DNA of 64,000 nt from Hypanus sabinus (taxonomy: Eukaryota): contig NC_082721.1 of the NCBI RefSeq assembly GCF_030144855.1, positions 42,904,001 through 42,968,000 on the forward strand, given 5' to 3'. Position 1 is the first letter of the stretch, and every line of letters begins with the position of its first letter. The notes below the pieces were generated by a model that saw nothing but the letters and a program-made list of their open reading frames with translations, did not search any database and was not told where the DNA came from. The position numbers and the translations under genes are program-made. Below, in pieces: positions 59,825 to 64,000 of the stretch.

Positions 59825-62800
59825 TGTTGTATCTGTGCAACTACATATCAATTAAATAAAAGCACGCACATGGGAGATAGTTTTAACTGGTGTGTTCACA
59901 TTGCTGCACGAGAGAGAGGGGGGAGAGCAACGCAAATGCGTGGACAATAGATCAATACGCGGGCGCAGATAACACTCCATATGTCATGCTAAGGGGCATC
60001 ATTGCTCTAAAAGATATAGATCCATACATTACATGCCCCTCTTTTTGATTAATGTAACATGAACCTTTATATGTGTGAAACATTCAATTTCCCTTTCTTC
60101 AAATAAACATGCTTTCACATTAAGTCCATAACTAACTTCACTAAAAATTCCATCTTTTGGGTTATGCTCTGTTTCTTTCAGGATAGTGCTTCTAAACCTT
60201 TGGAGCGGCATCAGGTTTGGCAGTGTCTTGTCAACGATAATGTTCTCAGCTGCCAGTGTCACATTGCTGTCAGTGACATCATCACTGAGAGGTAAGGCCG
60301 GTGACTGTAACGTGTCTGTCTTGCTGAATGCAATTGAATCAGGTCTGTTCTTCAGTAGAGCATCCAGTTTCCAGTCCATGCGACATCTCCATCCATGAGC
60401 TCCAACACCCATTGTGCACATCTGTGGTCCAGTTCTTCTAGCTGTCCTACCAGATGTTCACTTCTCAATAACAAGACTTCCTGTCCAATCTAGAAGTTTC
60501 TAGCTCATTCACTTGGTGACTGGTTGAACTGTTTATTCTGCACTTCCCAATGTAAATCAGAATCAGAATCAGGTTTATTATCACCGGCATGTGACATGAA
60601 ATTTGTTAACTTAGCAGCAGCAGTTCAATGCAATACATAATCTAGCAGAGCGAGAAAATAATAATAATAATGATAAATAAAATAAAACATAATAAATAAA
60701 CAAGTAAATCAAATACATATATTGAATAGATTTTTTAAAAATGTGCAAAAACAGAAATATTGTATATTAAAAAAAGTGAGGTAGTGTCCAAAGTTTCAAT
60801 GCCCATTCAGGATTCAGAAGGTCTATGCAAGATCTTAGATTCCTGCTCATGAACAGCATTTTAGGTGTTTGATTTGACATCACAGGAACAGAGTTCTGAA
60901 ACACAAAATGGAAATTGTCCACATTGTGCTATAGAGAAATGTCCTCCTTGTCCATAGCTTTAATGGACTTCCTGATGGTTTGGATAAACCTTTGAACTAA
61001 CCTATTTGTTGCTGGTGGTGACGAGCTGAGTTGAAATGTTTGATGGCATTTTTTGTCATGAATAGTCTGCACTCTGCTGATGTGTCAAGTGGTCTGTTGT
61101 GGCTTACAATTTGTTCTGGTAGGCCATTTCTGCTGAAGATAATCCTCAGAGTGGAAACAAATGTTTTCTGAGGTGATCGACTTCATTGTTATGACCTCCG
61201 GTCACTTCGAATGAGCATCCACAGCAATCAGAAACATGAAGTCCATGAATAGCCCAGCAAAGTCAACATGTAGTCTTTGCCATGGTGACAACGGCCACTC
61301 CCACTGGGGTGACAGAGCCTATGGTTGTGCATTTTGAACTTATTGGCATCCCAAGTAGCACAATATGCAGCCCTGGGTTGATGCTCATTTTGAAATTCCC
61401 ATATATGCGAACAGCATCAGCCTTCCCCTTCTTGATCACTGGGACAATGGGCATGGCCCAATTGTTCCAGTCAACCTTGGAGAATATTCCAGATGTTTCC
61501 AAGCACTGAAGTTCAGCATCCACTTTAGGATGTAATGCATAAGGCACTGGAGGCACTTTATGGAATCTTGGAGTTGCTGCTTCATTCAATTCAATTCTGG
61601 CTTCATGCCTTTGAGTTTACCAATTCTCTTTTCAAACATCTTCTTATTCACATTAAGCAGCTGTGACAGTCTCTGGTTAGTGCTATCATTTGGGCTGCAG
61701 TTCTCTGTTGATGGCACATTGTGAGCTTTGATTGTGTGCCAGTCTAGTTGGATTTTTCTCAACCATTCATGTCCAAAAAGTTCTGGCCCTCTGCTTTTCA
61801 ACACATAGAGCTCCGACTGTTGTGTTTGGACTCCATTAATCACATTCACTTTCAGTTTGCCTTTGGAAGACTCTTTTTTCACCTGTGCTGGTCTTTAGCA
61901 TCACTAAGATCTTTTCTAATAGTATTTTAGAAAACAATCTGTTGTAGTCAGCTTCTGAAATTATAGCTAAAGCTGACCCTGTATCCAGCTTCAATTGTAT
62001 TTTTACATCAGACATATCTCTTGTGATCCATATGATTTTATGATCTACTTCAGTAATACTATGCAGATCTAGGCATGATAGCTAACCTTTGTCAAGACTC
62101 TGTGTTGTTTAATTCTGTTTCACATTCCGGTCACTTTATGTACCTGCTTAGTTTTGTGTCTGAAACTTTTCACTTGGTGATTTTTCACTTTGGTTGTGGT
62201 TTTTACCTGACTTGTACGCTCACTCTATATGACCTTGTCGATAATACTTTCTGCAAACTTTTTCCTTGAATGAACAGCTATTTGCATCATGGGAGGATTT
62301 GTCACCGATAGCATTTTTGGATTTTTGTACCATTCAGGGGCATTTTGTTGGTTTCATGTTCTCAACTCCTTTTCTGTAGTTCTGCTGCATCCTTTGCTGC
62401 AGTCTCAAACAATATTGCAATGGTCAATGCCTGTTCTATGGTTAGGTCACTTTCTGTCAGCAGCCTCTTTTGAGTGCTTCAACTGTGCATGCCCATACAA
62501 GGCTGTCCCTTAATGCATCAGAAAGTCCATCTCTAAAGTCTCAGTATTGGGATCATTTGCCAAGTTCTACAATGTATTCAGAAACGTTTTCATCTTTGAT
62601 TGGTTCCTTATGTGAAACCGTAATCTCTCAGCTATTACCAAAGGTTTAGCACTCACGTGATTTTGTAAATTGTAACAATTTCATTGAATGCCTTGCTTAC
62701 TGGCTTTTGTGTAAGTAAGTTGTGTAAGAGACTGTATGTTCTGGCACCTGTTAATCTAAGAATTGTGGGGGCTTTCTTTTCCTCACCCACGCTGTTCATG

Positions 62801-63270
62801 TTACAATTCAGTTCAACCCTCTCACTATATGACTCCCATTGCTCTTTAGCGCTACGAAATTCATCAACTTTCCTGACTGAATTCATCACCACATTATTTT
62901 CACTTTAACTTTGCTGGTTGTGGCTTTCACTGTATACTGTGCAGTTACTCGTGTGTCCCTTTATTAGTGTCCGTGATGGCCTACTCCATACTGTCTAACT
63001 TTTTCCTCTCGGTGTTTCATCTTGTAATCATCCCACAACTGTTGGAGCAGTTGGTGATACTCTCTGACATTCAAGTTCATACTTGTCACCAATTTTTTGT
63101 GTCTGTGCAATGACATGTCAATTAAATAAAATTACACACGAGATGGTTTTCACAGATGTATTCACATTGCAGTGAGAAAGAGAAGGGAGGTGATCAATAT
63201 GCATATGTCAACAACAGTCCATACATGGAACTGTGTCATTTTTCTTAAAGAAATCAATCCATACATTATG
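59825..63270 (-). mobile_element. Gypsy LTR retrotransposon with internal deletion
   Basis: Diverged LTRs at 59825-60033 and ~63095-63270; PBS-like TTGGTGACAAG; PPT AAAAAGAGGGG. Gag (WESYSER), protease (KLDTG) and RT N-terminus (WAMPIVPV.K) are joined directly to integrase (HPWQRLHVDFAG). Confidence 0.8.
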
Positions 63271-64000
63271 GAAGCACATAGGACCCAAGGGTACAGGCTC
63301 AGAATAGAGGGGCATCCATTTAGAATGGAGATGAGGAGGTATTTCTTTAGCCAGAGTGTGCTGAATCTGTGGAATTCTTTGCCACAGGCCATCTTTATGT
63401 ACATTTAAAGCAAAGAATATGAGGAGAAGGCAGGAGGTTGGGGCCAAGAGGAAAATTGGATCAGTCATAATGAAATGGAGCAGACTCAATTGGTCAAATG
63501 GCCTAATTCTGCTCCCATATCTTATAGTCTTAAGTTTCAGGTTTTAAATGAAAGGAATGGCAATTTGTTGATGATGTAAACTCCAACTCAAACACCAACC
63601 AATACCCCCCCCCCACCAAACATCAGCCAGAACCTCAGTAGCCTGGAGATCAAGTAAGATTTGACTATAGAGAGAGAGTTAGCTGTCCAGGAAGGTGCAC
63701 AGGCACCTGTTCTTGGGCAATGTAATGAGATATATTTCTAGTTGTCCAGGGTTACAAATCAGATCTCAGCCAGAAATTCCACTCTTCTACTCACCCTCAG
63801 TGACTCAGATTGCTGTGAGTGTAAGGAGGGGAGAATGATGCTGGGCTCCTTCACTTCCACTTGTCTGCCCACGCTCTCCATCCAGCTTCCCACAGGCTGA
63901 GTCATCACTGTGTCAGAGTGCAGACCAGAACGACTCACTGGTTTCAGAAACAGGAGGTGGGTTGGGGGTGGGTGGGAATGATTTGACTAAATAAAAGAAT

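Larger units (their letters stand above)
55375..63535 (+). mobile_element. Old full-length CR1 interrupted by a Penelope fragment, a MITE and a Gypsy element
   Basis: Esterase (HADTND), APE (YLNVHSIWNK..ITESWL), RT (58560-59800) and 3' UTR (63270-63535) are in colinear order. Confidence 0.7.

Noticed and set aside
63907-63913. RSS-like heptamer near the window end
   Set aside because: No nonamer at either spacing and no V or J motif.
1-64000. CRISPR array, prokaryotic defence or RT systems, rRNA or genuine tRNA genes
   Set aside because: No regularly spaced repeat-spacer pattern or operon structure. All RTs are LINE, LTR, ERV or PLE types, and the only tRNA-like sequence is a SINE head.
1-64000. 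The many 60-150 aa ORFs antisense or out of frame to TEs
   Set aside because: Shadow frames of CR1, Rex1, Gypsy and Penelope coding sequence with no independent support.

Overview
Eukaryotic, repeat-saturated genomic DNA, most likely from a cartilaginous fish (shark/ray). This is inferred from the cluster-type immunoglobulin light-chain locus and the CR1/Rex1/Penelope/Gypsy repeat landscape; no database search was run. The only host locus I can support is one unrearranged Ig light-chain cluster (probably sigma isotype) on the minus strand: promoter decamer 41091-41100, leader 40933-40978, V 40521-40829 with a 12-RSS, J 38259-38294 and C 36802-37124. It is disabled by several hits: compensating frameshifts plus a hidden stop in V, a 1.85 kb LINE inserted inside the J RSS spacer, a GT>CT J splice donor, and a 6.4 kb nested LINE stack ~100 bp upstream of the octamer. 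The C exon is still open. The rest is nested mobile DNA: (i) an ancient env-less class I-like endogenous retrovirus (LTR-PBS-gag-pol-PPT-LTR, 3356 to ~19510) split by many insertions; (ii) a full-length Tf1/sushi-type chromovirus (29210-34418) with a self-priming-type PBS; (iii) a second, internally deleted Gypsy element; (iv) Penelope-like elements carrying decayed minimal hammerhead ribozymes, one as a ~1.1 kb inverted pair; (v) CR1, Rex1/Babar-like and RNase H-bearing Nimb/I-like LINEs, a SINE and a Tigger-like MITE; and (vi) an RBM25 processed pseudogene fused to a Gypsy-like pol tail. A dense ETS/RUNX/GATA/E-box cluster at 23437-23709 is a candidate haematopoietic enhancer. Family names come from motif recognition, and boundaries of old fragments are approximate. 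There is no CRISPR array or prokaryotic system.
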